Assembly (NCBI RefSeq): GCF_006345805.1
Contig: NC_042998.1
Location: 174,158,001-174,222,000 of the forward strand
Direction: 5' to 3'
DNA from: Octopus sinensis
Lineage: Eukaryota
Length of the DNA stretch: 64,000 nt
This document shows, piece by piece, positions 13,886-26,817 of this stretch (its first letter is position 1; every line of letters begins with the position of its first letter). Under the pieces are notes generated by a model. That model made no database searches. It worked only from the letters and a program-made list of their open reading frames with translations, and was not told the DNA's origin. Both the position numbers and the translations under genes were made by a program.

Positions 13886-15139
13886 TATTTAGCGATTATT
13901 TATAATCTCGGTTAATATCGATACTATCATTGGCGTAACACTGTATTTTAAAGGGGTGGATACTTTCGATCAAAGCGATCCCCATAACGGGTACTTATGA
14001 TACCAAGGGCTTTAAATCTACGAAACAAATACTGTAAGGCATTTTATTCGACTATCCAGTGATTCTGTTATTTATCGCCTCTCCCTATCGCTGTTATTAC
14101 TCCCAGAAATAAAGGTGGCGGTATGGTAAACTCAGTGATGCGTACCGTATTAAAGAATGTCGTGGTATCGATATTTGCCTATTATCTATGGCAATACGAT
14201 AAAATAAACAGCAGTATTTTACCAAAAAATGCATCACTCGACAATTTACGTGCCTGCAATGTCTCTGTAAAATTCGTAGTTTTGAATCAGGTTAAAAATT
14301 TTTTTTTTAAATGAAAAAACAAAAAGAAAATAGTTTTCCAATGTTTAAATTAACTAACTCATTAATTCATGAGCTCGAATCATTGTAAAGCGTTCTGTGC
14401 GTCTCTGGACAGGACACTTTATCTCCACTTGCCTCAGTACATCTAAGTCGAGATGTTCCAGAAAGTTACAGGCAGTATAAATACTTCAGGCCCATAGAAA
14501 GATTTATTTCTCTTCCGTTGAACGTTTCAGTAAGTGGAATTAAGTACTGACATTATTGATCAATCAGGTTTGTGAATGGATCCTGCCGATATCGCTGTTG
14601 TCTTTCACTCTTCTGGGTATCGATAAAAGAGGAACTAATCGAGCCTCTACGTAGCCGCTCCACCTGCTAGAAATCGTGGCCAAAAATCCTCCATAGTACA
14701 CCCTACCTTCTTACAAAGGGAAAAAAATCTTGTTGTGTGTAGTCCTGGGTACATTACGCTTGAAAACAGGAGAGACGGTCACGGATGGAATGTATGCTTG
14801 ATCGGCAGATTTAGTGTTCTTCAACAATAGCAGCAAATACCAGTTTAATCAAACTTTGTAGCTTTGTGTGATTGTTGAAATGATATGTTGAGAAACGCAG
14901 AGGTAATAAATTTTTATGGAGTCAGCAATAGAACCCAACTTCAACACTTAATTGAAGACGATCAGTACTCTCGAGAAAGACATAAAGGTCATATTTTTAT
15001 TTATTTATTTTGTTATAGCCTAAACTACAGAGTTTTTAATTCCAATATTTTGTTCCATAAAATGTTCTGCAGAGTCAGGGTTTGAAACTCATTCAATAAT
15101 TCGTCGCGCATATAATTTCAGGGCGTGGTCAACATACTG

Positions 15140-15181
<42 letters not shown>

Positions 15182-15399
15182 AGAGAGACCACATGTAGCT
15201 AACGCACAACCGTATCCACAAGACAATGTAGTAATGTAGAAAAACTCACAACACACTACAAATTCTAATCTCACAGACACGCTATTTTCACACTCTGTCC
15301 TTTCAGCAGCAATGATCTCTGTTCCTCAGAAATATTTAGTTTCATATCACCTCAACCAAACCCAATGATTATGTCCGTTTCTCTTTTCCTTATATTATA

Positions 15400-15520
15400 T
15401 TTCAATGTGCTCTCCAGACATCGCTTTTTCCAACATCATCAACATTACATCTACAGAAAGCAAACTTTGGAATTCTCTTCCCGCCCACGTTTTTCCTTCC
15501 AGAATTTGCTGACTGTTCAT
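15400..15520 (+). mobile_element. Old LINE ORF2 C-terminal remnant
   Basis: Translates TESKLWNSLPAHVFPS, typical of CR1/L2/Jockey-group ORF2 ends. Confidence 0.4.
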
Positions 15521-15745
15521 GCAACATATCACGGAATGCATTTGAATTTCATGAACGCTACCATTCCCACCACAGTAAGTCATACAGAAAGCCAGCTTGC
15601 CTTCAATATGCTAGATAGCAATAAATTCTTCAATGGTAAGCATACGATTACGAATCTTACGAGACATTTAAACATTATAAACACTATAAAAACACGTGAA
15701 CAGCCGAGATTGTGACTAACTTCTGATGCTCATTTTAAAATTTAA

Positions 15746-16132
15746 TAGCAGTATAGCCCGGCGTTGCTCGGGTTTGTTTCGACCCTTTAGAATTGGAATT
15801 TTTCAAAAGTAAAACTTTTGCATTATGTAGCTTGTTATTCTCTTTAAGTGAACATTTTCTGGTTGAAATACACCGAAGAATGGCAACACAGCAGTCAAAA
15901 AACAGTAAAAAATAGGGATTTTCATAGAAAAAAGCACCTTTCTGATGTAAATAATTTTTGGTCTTAACATGGTCTGATTTGAATTTTATCTTCTACAGAA
16001 TGAAGAGCAAGCGTTCTTCTGTCATACTCTCAATTTTGGTCAACTTGCTCTGCGGGGTCTCCGAGGAGATAGTGTTAGTTGAAGGCTACCAAACCTGCCA
16101 TACACAGACAATTTCAGCTTTATATATATAGA
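15746..16132 (+). mobile_element. Non-autonomous Helentron/DINE-like element, second subfamily
   Basis: Starts tagcagtatagcccggcgttgctcggg and ends cacagacaa..tttatatatataga; termini shared with 5757-6127, interior different. Confidence 0.5.
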
Positions 16133-16607
16133 CTACATAGTTTAGAAGACTAAGACTATTAAATTTGATTACTTGGATTGCTATGGTTGATACATATTAC
16201 TTGCAAATTACTGTTTTTGTTTAAATTCACGAATAAACACCATTCTTACTTTATGCGGCGTAACAGCAGTAATATGGAAGCTAAATGTAATACAGCAGAA
16301 TCAAAAAGACTATATTCTGTGAGATAAGAGTGCTAACCCATTCCTCCTCTCTAAAGGTGGGACTGAGTACGCATTTTTGTCCGTAAAACTAGGCAAAATT
16401 ATCTGTGGCATTTCTTCTAGCCTTAGGTTTTGTGTTCAAATACTGCCGAGGTCAGCTCTATCTTTCATCCTCTCGGGGTCGATAAATTAAGTACCAGTTG
16501 AGTACTGGAGTCGAGGTAACCGACTTAAGACCACCCTCCCCTAAAAAGTTCAGGCTTTGCACCTATAGTAGACAGGATTATTATTATTATTATTATCATC
16601 ATCATCA

Positions 16608-16653
<46 letters not shown>

Positions 16654-16703
16654 CATCATCATCATCATCATCATCATCATTATTATTATTATTATTATTA
16701 TTA

Positions 16704-17262
16704 TTGAGTGAGAGAGCAGTGCATGCCATCAAACTGACACTGGGGTAAAATATACGAAGCCCAATATACCCATCATCACTACCCGTCTGATAAGGGTACA
16801 CCAGGCACATGTATCACAACCATATGTGCGCGACATGGTGAAATCATATCAAGATAAACAGCACATGACCTTGCAGGTGGGGCTCAGTTAGAATTTCCTT
16901 CAGGTCGAGTAGCTCTTCCCGCTCAAAAGGTCCTTGAATAAGGATTGCTTAAGGATGATGAACGAAACACCCATGTCCCAAAGGGGAATTATCCAAACCT
17001 CTAAGAATACCTTTCAACAAACGGCTATGATGCTCCCCCACTACTTCTGCTCGTGATCAGAGATGCACATATCGTCAGCCACTAAGGGACATGCTCAACT
17101 GGTTAAGGTCAAACAACTGACAAGCAAATCTGTGGTATTGAGCAGAATATTTGCTGTAGCCCATCTTTTATACCAAGACGAAACAATGTACATGATAACA
17201 CTTCCAATCAGTTAAGATCAGAAGACAGGAGAGCCACTGTCTGGTAGTGCATCAGGGCATTT
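16704..17262 (-). mobile_element. ~550-bp (TAA)n-embedded non-coding element, family S4
   Basis: Homologous end-to-end with 22836-23422 and 43114-43664; both ends abut trinucleotide arrays. Strand is assigned so that the AAT repeat reads as it does for the Dong-like LINE. Confidence 0.85.
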
Positions 17263-17278
17263 ATTTTTATTATTATTA

Positions 17279-17304
<26 letters not shown>

Positions 17305-17309
<5 letters not shown>

Positions 17310-17439
17310 TAGTTTTATTTTTATAGCGTGCTTTCACTTCACTACCGAGCGCAGCTCTGTGTGCCTTAGGTACATGATAACACTTCCAATCAGTTAAGAT
17401 CAGAAGCCATGATAGCCACTGTCTTGTACTGCATCAGGG

Positions 17440-17444
<5 letters not shown>
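17305..17444 (-). mobile_element. 140-bp chimera: S4 5' end fused to Dong-like 3' tail
   Basis: 17444->17371 matches the S4 start; 17370->17305 matches the last ~65 nt of the Dong-like 3' UTR; (TAA)n on both sides. Confidence 0.85.
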
Positions 17445-17481
<37 letters not shown>

Positions 17482-17503
17482 GAAGTAGTAGTAGTAGTAG
17501 TAT

Positions 17504-17580
<77 letters not shown>

Positions 17581-17800
17581 AGCGGCAAGCTGGCAGAAGC
17601 GTTAACGCACTGGACAAAATGCTGAGTAGCACTTTTTCCAGCTCTTTGTGTTCTGAGCTCAAATCACACCGTGGTTAACTTTGCCTTTCACCCCTTCGAG
17701 GCCGATAAAATAAAGTACCAGACATGTATTGGGGTTGATGCAATCGGCTTATACCTTAGTATCAAAAATATCAGACTTGTGCCAACGTTTGAAATATATT
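17581..17800 (+). mobile_element. tRNA-derived SINE, family S2
   Basis: gcggcaagctggcagaagcgttaacgcac...cttcgaggccgataaaataaagtacc; related to 58035-58264 and 59516-59746. Confidence 0.8.
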
Positions 17801-17829
17801 TTTTTAAAGTGCTACTGCTGCTGCTGCCG

Positions 17830-17875
<46 letters not shown>

Positions 17876-18754
17876 CACTACCAAGGAAAAGGTATAGATC
17901 ACTGATTTGTATTCTTTCTAGTAGTAGTAGCTGTTATTGCAGTAGTTATTCTTAAGGCGATTGAATGGCGGAAACGATAGAGTGACATCATTTAAGATCC
18001 TACGATATTTATTTCTGGTATCTTAATCGACTGAATTTTTATGAGATCAGCTTTCATTCTTCCGGGTATAGCCAACTATTAAAGCAACTATAGCAATCTC
18101 TAAATTTATACACAATCTCTAAATTGAAGCCTTGTGCCAAAGCAGGAAAGCCGTAATATATTTGAAATTGATGCGAATATCAGAACTCTCCTCTTTCCAT
18201 CATCGAATTCAAGATTGTTGTATGCAATCAAAATATTGCAATGAGCGCCATAGGCTCACCATAAAATAGGTGTGTATCCCATACACTAATCATAATAATA
18301 TAAGGAGTAACAGAGAATAAAGAAGGGATTTTTCTGGAAAGCTGAGGCACCGATTCGTTTTCGAATTTAATCTGATTCATAAGATAACTCAGTGATCGTT
18401 AATATGTTTAGAAGGAACATGTACATACAGATAAATACATAATCGTCATACACATGTGCTGGTATATACGCGCATACACACTCAAACACAAAATCAACAA
18501 GGAAAAAGTACAGATGACCGATTTGTATTCTTCCTTCTAACTTGCATTGGATTAAATTCAAAAATGTGCGTGTGTATGTGTGTGTCTGAGTGTAATATTT
18601 TATAAGCTTAAAGTTTATAAGTGATCACAGTGCATAAGCTTTAGGCTTATAAAATATTATTTACAGAATTATTAAATCGACACCGCTTATCAAAAATTCA
18701 TCGGATAGAACATATGTGTGTGTGTGTGTGTTTGTGTGTAGGTGTGTGTGTGTA

Positions 18755-18993
18755 GACGCGTGGCTTAGTAGTTAAGGTGTTGGACACAGGACCGTTAGAT
18801 TGTGGTTTACTTTCTTCGACCTGGCGAGACGTTGTGTACTCGAGCAAAACAGTACATTTCCCGTTGCTCCAATCCACTAAGCTGGCAAAAAATGAATAAT
18901 CCTGCAACAGACACGGGTTTCCTGTCCAGGGCGGAATGTATGCGTCACGGAAATTGGGAAACCGGCGGTATGAGTCTCTATATGATTCGAGAA

Positions 18994-19000
<7 letters not shown>
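18755..19000 (+). mobile_element. tRNA-derived SINE, family S3
   Basis: gacgcgtggcttagtagttaagg head; related to 49990-50485. Confidence 0.8.
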
Positions 19001-19040
<40 letters not shown>

Positions 19041-19047
<7 letters not shown>

Positions 19048-19289
19048 GAGTGTATTTTACCTTGTTAACAATTAACACGGATAAATGAATGAATAGTTAC
19101 CAGGGCAGCAAAAATCTCACAAGTAAAGATGTTGTAACTCCTTGTTTATAAAGGTTGAAACTTCGTGTTTACGTTGAATATTTAATAATATGAATAAAAA
19201 ATGGAGTTAACGCAGGTTTAAACAAGTATTTTGAAACATATGTAGAAAGTAAAAATACTTGTTTAAACCTGCGTTAACTCCATTTTTTA

Positions 19290-19294
<5 letters not shown>
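19041..19294. mobile_element. PLE-like terminal repeat family B with 43-bp fold-back
   Basis: 19190-19232 and 19252-19294 are perfect inverted repeats; the spacer contains GAAAC-ATAT-GTA (hammerhead 3' half); (TA)n on both sides. Confidence 0.65.
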
Positions 19295-19331
<37 letters not shown>

Positions 19332-20199
19332 TATATGCATGTATGGGTACAGGACATAAAAAAATGTAGATACAATATATATATATATATAACAGTATTA
19401 ATAAAATAGATTGAAAAGAAAGATTTTATGAAGTACACGTTTCGACTCGTTTTGGGTCTCTTCGGTTATGTAAATAAATAAAAAGATAAAAAAATGTCTC
19501 ACTAGAGATTCGGTTTTACGTATCGCTAAATGTCCGGCAACTTGTGTGTTTGTATGTGTGTGTGTGTAAGTGTGCGTGTGGGGGGGAGTGCGTGTGTGTC
19601 CAAACATTAACATACACTTCTTGTAAACTATCCCATGAAAAATCGTATTCGTGAACTATGCGAAATATTTATTTACAGCAGCCCCTCTCCAATTGAAAAC
19701 AATATTGAATATTTAATTTTGTGAAAATAGAGCAATTTACAGGTTTTACTCGCAGAATCAATAGGACACTGTTTGTTTCGACTTTCTGCGCTCTTAATTT
19801 AAATTTCGCCGATGCCAACTTATTATTTTTTGCCTTTCTGGATCAGTGGCGGATTAGCGCAACTGTATGAACTTTAGGTCGGTTTCCTCGTCGTATTTGT
19901 TCTAACTGCTTGCGTTTTGAGTCCAAAACCCGTGGCAGAGTTAACTTAATCCATCACCTGGTTTACACCACATCTGGTATATTGAATGAGTTTAGTGGTA
20001 TAAAATGTGTTGCGAGCATTCGTGCAGGTCCCCAGTTTGAAGATATTTTCCTCCCACCAGTCTCGAAGGGCCTGTAAATGGCCATTGATACAGCCCAATC
20101 AGCTAACTAAAACATACACAATTAAAGGTCTGCTTGATTAGAATTGACTTGTATATAATGTACACTAACATTAGAATCACAGCAAATATTGGTTTCAAA

Positions 20200-20400
20200 T
20201 TTTGGCACAAGGCCAGCAATTTCAGGGCGGGGTATAAATCATTTACAACGATCTCAGTGCTCAACTGGTACTTATTTCAGCGACATCGAAAGGATGAAAG
20301 GCAAAGTCAAACTCGTGTGAATTTGTACTCCGATTGTAAAGACGGACGAAATGCCGCCAAGCATGATAATGGTTCTGCCAGCTCTCGGCCTTAAAACACG
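20200..20400 (-). mobile_element. SINE, S2-related, decayed
   Basis: Reverse complement of the S2 head and body (cgacatcgaaaggatgaaaggcaaagtcaaactc). Confidence 0.7.
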
Positions 20401-21262
20401 TCAGAGACGCAAATTTATTTGTGGATTTCCACTGGATGTCCTCTTTTCTCTGCCTCTGTCTGTCTTACTAATTCACTCTCTTTCACTCTCACTCAGTCTC
20501 TATGTTTGTGTGTATTTGTGTGTATATGTGTGTGAGAATGAGTGGGACGAAGAGAGTGTGAGTGCGTGTTTTTGCCTGTGAGGGAGAATGTGAGTTTGTG
20601 TATTTGTGTAACAATAAATTCTTGCATACTAGATGTTCTTTTAATATTAGTGTTGTCACTATTGTTATTAAAAAAAAACAAATAGTTCGACATAATCTGT
20701 TATCAAAAGGCATTACAAGTGCGACAAAGCTCTCTTGTATCAAGGTCTATATATTAAACCTCCATCTATTAAGAGGATAGAGAATGATATATCCAGATAT
20801 ACAACACGTCGGCTTCCCTTTTCTTATTTTCTTATTTTTTCATTGTCTTTATAAAGTTATAAGGTTAGGTTATTTTGAGGCTTTATGATGACTCCTTTAC
20901 TCCTCTTTTCGAGTGAGAAATGACTCCATGTTAGAAATATGAGAAGACAAGGAATGATTAATCCGGAAAATTGCAGTATATTCAGAACATCTCATTGCAT
21001 GTATGTCTATATGTTTTTGATGATATATAGACTTGTACTCATCATCATCATCATCATCATTGTTTAACATCCGCTTTGCATGATGGCACGTACATACATA
21101 TACATACACATATACATATATATATATAAAGTTAATCCAAACATGAGAACACAATGTGTGTGTGTGTGTGCGTGCGTGCGTGTGTATGTATATACATATA
21201 TGTATACAAATACATATATATGCCTATAAATATGTATATACACACACAGACTCACACACACT

Positions 21263-21297
<35 letters not shown>

Positions 21298-21310
21298 GTG
21301 TGTGTATATG

Positions 21311-21344
<34 letters not shown>

Positions 21345-21455
21345 CGTATACATATACATATACGAGTAGAGGACAACATTAAATACGAAAACAAATGGGT
21401 TCAATATGCAAACAACCAGAGAAACATATGGAAAACAGGACAAGTAACATAAAAA

Positions 21456-21509
<54 letters not shown>

Positions 21510-21617
21510 ATATATGTATATATATGTATATGCATATATGTATATCTGTATATGAATATATATATATATATGCATATACATATATATGAATATATACACA
21601 AACGCATATATACATAC

Positions 21618-21649
<32 letters not shown>

Positions 21650-22252
21650 GCAGGAGGCGTGGCTTTTTCTAGTTTCAGTCGAAGAGTCCGAAGAAATTTT
21701 CTCATTGTAGCTTTTGTTGAACTGTAGATTACGGAAACGTAAACAAACCATCACAGACTGTGAAGTGAAGGGTGCAGACAAAAATACATACGCACGCATA
21801 CATGTGTGGGTACTTATATTGCCTCTACAACAACTTCAGTTTCTGTTTTCGAAATCCACACACAACGCTGTGGCAAACCAAGGGCTAAATTGGGAAATAA
21901 TTGCCCTAGATGATATGCAGTGGGATAGAACGTGTGTGTGTATGTGTGTGTGTGATTGTGTCCGTGTGTATGTCTGTGTTTGTGATATACATTATCAATT
22001 GTAGCCAGTTTTTCAAGCTGAGAGAATGTTAACTCTGTTTGACTTTTGTTCTTTTTTCTGTCCCCTAACGTTGGATTGAATCCTAAACGTTGGATATTCC
22101 ACTCCTCACGGCAAGGTCACTGTACTACTTTCATTTTATATATATATATGCATAAGTTCAGCAAAAATTTAGATTCAGAGGAATATGGTACTTAAGTTGA
22201 GGCACCAAGCTGATTATAATCAAAATAACCAACAAGGATATCCAGAGGTAAT

Positions 22253-22337
22253 GCAGTACAATCGTTTCATGCGATTCCATTTAATTGAACAATGCAAACA
22301 TTACAGCAATTTAAAATGTAGAGCAATCTTCAGCTGC
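22253..22337 (-). ncRNA. Type I hammerhead ribozyme with long helix II insert
   Basis: GCAG-CTGAAGA-TTGC...GCAT-GAAA-CGATTG-TA/CTGC. Core canonical; the first helix II pair is a U.U mismatch. Confidence 0.65.
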
Positions 22338-22390
22338 ACAGAAAACATAGAATTAAATTGAATTAAATTTAATTAAATTCCATGTTTTGT

Positions 22391-22475
22391 GCAGCTGAAG
22401 ATAGCTTTACATTTTAAATTGATGTAATGCTTGCATTGTTCAATTAAATGGAGTCGCATGATACGATTGTACTGC
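22391..22475 (+). ncRNA. Hammerhead, mutated mirror copy (GAAA->GATA)
   Basis: GCAG-CTGAAGA-TAGC...GCAT-GATA-CGATTG-TA-CTGC. Confidence 0.5.
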
Positions 22476-22602
22476 ATTACCTCTGGATATCCTTGTTGCT
22501 TATTTTGATAATAAATATACATATATATTTACATTCAAGGTGGTGCCCCAGCATGGCCGCAGTCTAAATGACTGAAACATGCAGAAGGTAGAATATATAT
22601 AT

Positions 22603-22766
22603 ACGACGGGCTTCTTTCAGTTTCCATCAACCAAATCCACTCACAAGTCTTTGGTCGGCCCGAGACTATAGTAGAAGACACTTGCCCAAGGTGCCAAGCA
22701 GTAGAACTGAACCCGGAACCATGTGGTTTTTAAGCAAGCTACTTATCATGCAGCCACTTCTACGCC
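22603..22766 (-). mobile_element. SINE S1 head
   Basis: Reverse complement of the 7699-7865 head. Confidence 0.85.
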
Positions 22767-22835
22767 TATATATATATATATATTATTATTATTATTATTG
22801 TTATTATTATTATTATTATTATATCATTATTATTA

Positions 22836-23418
22836 TTGAGTGAGAGAGCAGTGCATGCCCTCAAAGTGACACCGGAGTAAAATATACGAAGCCCAGCATA
22901 CCCATCATGACTACCCGTCTGCTAAGGGTACATTAGGCACATGCATCACAACCATGTGCGCGCGACATGGTGATCTCGTATGAAGATAAACAGCGCATGA
23001 CCATATGTGTGCGACATCGTGATATCATACCAACATATGACCTTGCAGATGGCGCTCGGTTAGAATTGAGCCCATCCTGCTCAAAAGGACCCTGAATAAG
23101 GGTTGTTTAAGGATGATGAACAAAACACCCATGTTTCAAAAGGTGAATTATCCAAATCTCAAAGTATTCCTCTCAACACATGGCTATGCTGCTCCTCCAC
23201 TACTTCTGTTCATGATCAGAGATGTAAATAGCGTCAGCCACTAAGGGACATGCTCAACTGGTTAAGGTCAAACAACTGACAAGTAAATTTGTGGTATTGA
23301 GCAGAATATTTGCTGTGGCCCATCTTTTATACCAAGGTAAAACAATGCACATGATAACACTTCCAATCAGTTAAGATTAGAAGCCATGATAGCCACTGTC
23401 CTGGTATTAGATCAGGGC

Positions 23419-23422
<4 letters not shown>
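22836..23422 (-). mobile_element. S4 (TAA)n-embedded element
   Basis: Full-length homolog of 16704-17262; same end points; (TTA)n flanks. Confidence 0.85.
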
Positions 23423-23472
<50 letters not shown>

Positions 23473-23749
23473 TGTTATTATCATCCTTATTATAATTATT
23501 ATTATCAACTCTGCTCGTAGATTTCAAAGAAGGATGTGTAGTCGTGATCTGTAAGCTTTGGTTTAATTTTTACAGATAATACTGTTCTATCTGAAAATTT
23601 TTTTACGACATTTCTGTTGCCAGGCTGACTGGGTCCTTGCTAAACTGACTGGTTAGGCGAGACTTTACACCTTATGGGAGAATTTTCAATTTAAATTCTC
23701 CATTTTGTTTTCATTTTTCAATTTTAAAATGTCCTTGGAGAATAGTGTC

Positions 23750-26615
23750 AGCTCTTCCTTTTTTTTTTGACTTCCTTCCTCTGGCTGTTGTAAATCAGAA
23801 ATAAAAGTTTAAAAATTAATTATCTCCGCCCTCTCCGCGCCTTAAAAGGCAGAGAGAGGGACGACAAAAGTCTTGCTAGCACGTGTAACGCTCAGCAGCA
23901 GAAGGAAAAAGAAGAAAAGAAACGCGAGAATGAAGAGGAAGGAAATTTAGCTAATGGACGCTGCTAGCGTAGCAACACCTGTGAATCCAAGCCCTCCCAT
24001 TACCTCCAGTACCATTAACACATTGAACACTCAACAACAACAACCCAATGCATTAAATAGCTGAGGTTTTGTTTTTATGGCGAAGCTTAGAAATGAATTC
24101 ATTAAAGTTTCTGTAGAATCTCTCAAAGACTACAGAAACATGTTGAAAAGAAAAAGCGAAAGATTTATTTCGATAAAACACACCTTTAGGTATTATAGAC
24201 AATACAAACAGACATACCATAGTGCACACAACTATATCTTTAAAAGATAGACGTTTAGAAACTGCCACAAAGCAAACATTTGAAAAATGCTTGCAAGCTA
24301 TTTGGAAAGACGTAATATATTTGTCGAGGGATAAGAAATATGGTACAACTGAAGTCAGATTTGTTACAGAATGAGGATCCTTTTGGTTTGAACGGCAGTT
24401 TTTAACATAATTTCTAAGTAACTAAAAAATGTTAAACTTCGTATACTGGTGGAATATGTTTATAAAAAATTCTTTTTCTCTTGGCTTTATTGAGAAAATT
24501 CTATAGTTTGTAGGATATTAGTTGTTTTTTTCTTCAATTTCTGCAATTTCAACCAATCACTGACGTCTTTTGAGGTAAAAAAAAAACATTCTATGCCGTA
24601 TGAATATGTCCCTCGTTTAAGAAACAGATTGGGTTTATTTACATTTGTGAAGAAAGATACCGTTCCCCCCACCCCTAACTCTAAACCTAACCCTAACTCT
24701 AACCCTAACTAACCCTAACCCTAAAACAGATTGAAATGCAATAGATCGATACTAGGGTCATAATTATGGGTGACAATTTCATATGACACCGCTAGAAAAA
24801 ACTGCCGTTCAAACCGAAAAGATCCCAGAATGACATAGCAAAATAGCACTCAACAGCCCCGCTGAGAAACAGTGAACTTGTCCTAGTTCCAACGTGTCCA
24901 GTTTCATGCCCATTTTCGATGTCAACGAGGTCTACTCATCTCCGTGTCGGCGGGGAATGGGTGGTGGGGGGTACTGTGGTATTGTTTCGGAAAGATCTGG
25001 ATCTCAAAATAAGGCCAGTCTTCTTGGTCCTAGAAGGTAAGCTGGTGGTCCTGGATGTAAATGGTAGTAACCGTGAGCCCGTCAGACTGGTGTCTGTTTA
25101 CGCAGCGACAAGTGCAGGACAGCCGGAATACTTCGGGAATCTGGAGGTATTCTTGGGTACGTCCGTAGCTTTAGTGCTAGTGGGTGATTTCAAAGCCATC
25201 TCAGATGCACAATTGGATTGTGTGGGGGTAGCCGATAGGAAAGGGGGTTGCAAAGACCTCACAAACTTGCTCAGATACTTTCAACTGTCTGACAGGTACC
25301 GACTGAATTTCCCGAATGAGCCAATGTGGACATGGGCAAACCGCGTCGGAACATTCAGATCGTATCTAGATAGAGTATTTTGCAGGTCTTTAGATAGAGA
25401 TAGTATTAGTTGTCCACAATTTCAAATATTTGGTTACACACATCCAGGGCCCCGGCTACTGGAAGCTGAACACGTCACTCCCGGCGTGCCAAACTTACAG
25501 AGACGGAATTAAAGAGTTACTTCAGAAAGTTTTGTGGGAGGCAAATGATGGTATAACATAGTAGAATTAGTTAGATTTAGCAAATTTTTAGCAGTAGAAA
25601 GAAATAGATTAGAGGGCGATTTAGTGAGAAAACTAGAAGAGGCGCTTAGGAAAGGCATTGCAACTGACGTGCTGGCAGCCAGGTTGGCCTCCATGAACAC
25701 CTCAACTCCAAGCACGAAGGCTGCATTTTCAGAGCTAAGGCACGTCCTCTGAGACAAGAGGGAACCAATGCTGCCCGATAGACCCGGTAGGCTTAGGCGC
25801 AAAATGGCAACAAAAACATCATTCGGTCTTTGGTAGACCAAAATGGGCGCACGGTGAACGAGCCGAAGCAGATGTATGCGGCTTTTTAGCGGCCTTTCGC
25901 CGAATTGTTCGGGATGAACAGTGGGCCGAATCGCAGGATGGATTTCACTGCCTACCTCGATGGCATGCCAAACTCTCAGCAAGAGAATCGGAGTGTTGCG
26001 AAAGGCCGATAACAATTGAGAAAATACGGGATGAGATAATGGGCTGCACGGGGGCGCAAATCGCCGGTATTAGATGGTCTGTCTTACGAGCTTTATTCTA
26101 GTATGCCAGACTTCTTTGCAGGCCTCTTGGCAGATACCTACTGCAACTGGGAACAGCATGAGAGAATTTCCAAATCTGTGAGCCGAGGAGCAGTGCTCTT
26201 GCTCAGAAAGGATCCAAACCAAGGAGAGGTATTAGATAATTTTAGGCCCATCACTCTGCTTAATGCAGACAAAATTTCTGGCCAAAGTGTTAGTGAAGAG
26301 GTTGGTGCTCGTCATCGAGAAACTGGTTGGAGACACACAAACATGCGCCGTCCTAAACAGGTCCATCCACAAGAACCTCCACTTCATGCCATACATCATG
26401 GATAGGTGGGGCTCTGATCAATTTAGATCAGTCAAAAGCCTTAGATAGAGTTGACCATCAGTATTTGACGGCTGTTCTTACAGCGGTCGTTTTCGGTCCA
26501 GTTTTCCGCGGTTGGATCGCTGCCATGTACAGCGTCATCTGCTCGGTAGTCCAGATGAATGGCCACCTATCGGAACCAATCAGTATCGTGCGTTCGGTCG
26601 TGCAAAGGGTAAGAT
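23750..26615 (+). mobile_element. Tx1/L1-clade LINE, decayed and internally deleted (ORF1 remnant, APE endonuclease, 5' part of RT)
   Basis: 24919-25512 has APE motifs (RLVSVYA, LVGDF, WTW, SYLDRV). 26200-26590 has NFRPITLLNAD, KFLAKVL and a frameshifted D..KAFDRV. An ORF1-like remnant from about 23954 is interrupted by the MITE. The start boundary is approximate. Confidence 0.8.
24375..24825. mobile_element. 451-bp MITE with ~29-bp TIRs, 8-bp TSD and internal (CCCTAA)n; Merlin-like
   Basis: TIR ggatccttttggtttgaacggcagttttt / aaaaactgccgttcaaaccgaaaagatcc; TSD CAGAATGA at 24367-24374 and 24826-24833. GG termini plus an 8-bp TSD fit Merlin; hAT or P are not excluded. Confidence 0.85.
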
Positions 26616-26771
26616 AGAGCAAGTATAGAGGAAAATAAAGGAATAAAAATAAAAGTAAATATATGTTTATGTTTATTCCCTTATTTCCTTTTATAGCTCC
26701 TATATCGCCCCCTTTCCAAAACTACTTATACTGAACACTACTATTGCCCTCTGTTGAACACTCTCATATCA

Positions 26772-26817
26772 TCTCTGATGAAGGGATATCCCACATATCC
26801 CTGAAACAACTGTAAGA
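26772..26817 (+). ncRNA. Minimal type I hammerhead ribozyme, canonical core
   Basis: TCT-CTGATGA-AGGGATAT(CCCAC)ATATCCCT-GAAA-CAACTG-TA/AGA. Predicted cleavage after 26814. Confidence 0.78.

Larger units (their letters stand above)
22150..22520. mobile_element. PLE-like fold-back element (family G), ~145-bp arms, each carrying a hammerhead
   Basis: 22214-22359 versus 22371-22514 are inverted with roughly 11 differences. Confidence 0.75.

Noticed and set aside
15290-15332. Minus-strand CTGAGGA...GAAA
   Set aside because: Helix II is imperfect and no NUH triplet or helix I partner follows.
22214-22514. A-to-I editing signature between fold-back arms
   Set aside because: Arm differences are mixed transitions and transversions with only one A/G change.
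24671-24723. True telomere or chromosome fusion scar
   Set aside because: Short, degenerate, single orientation, and enclosed by the TIRs and TSD of a MITE.
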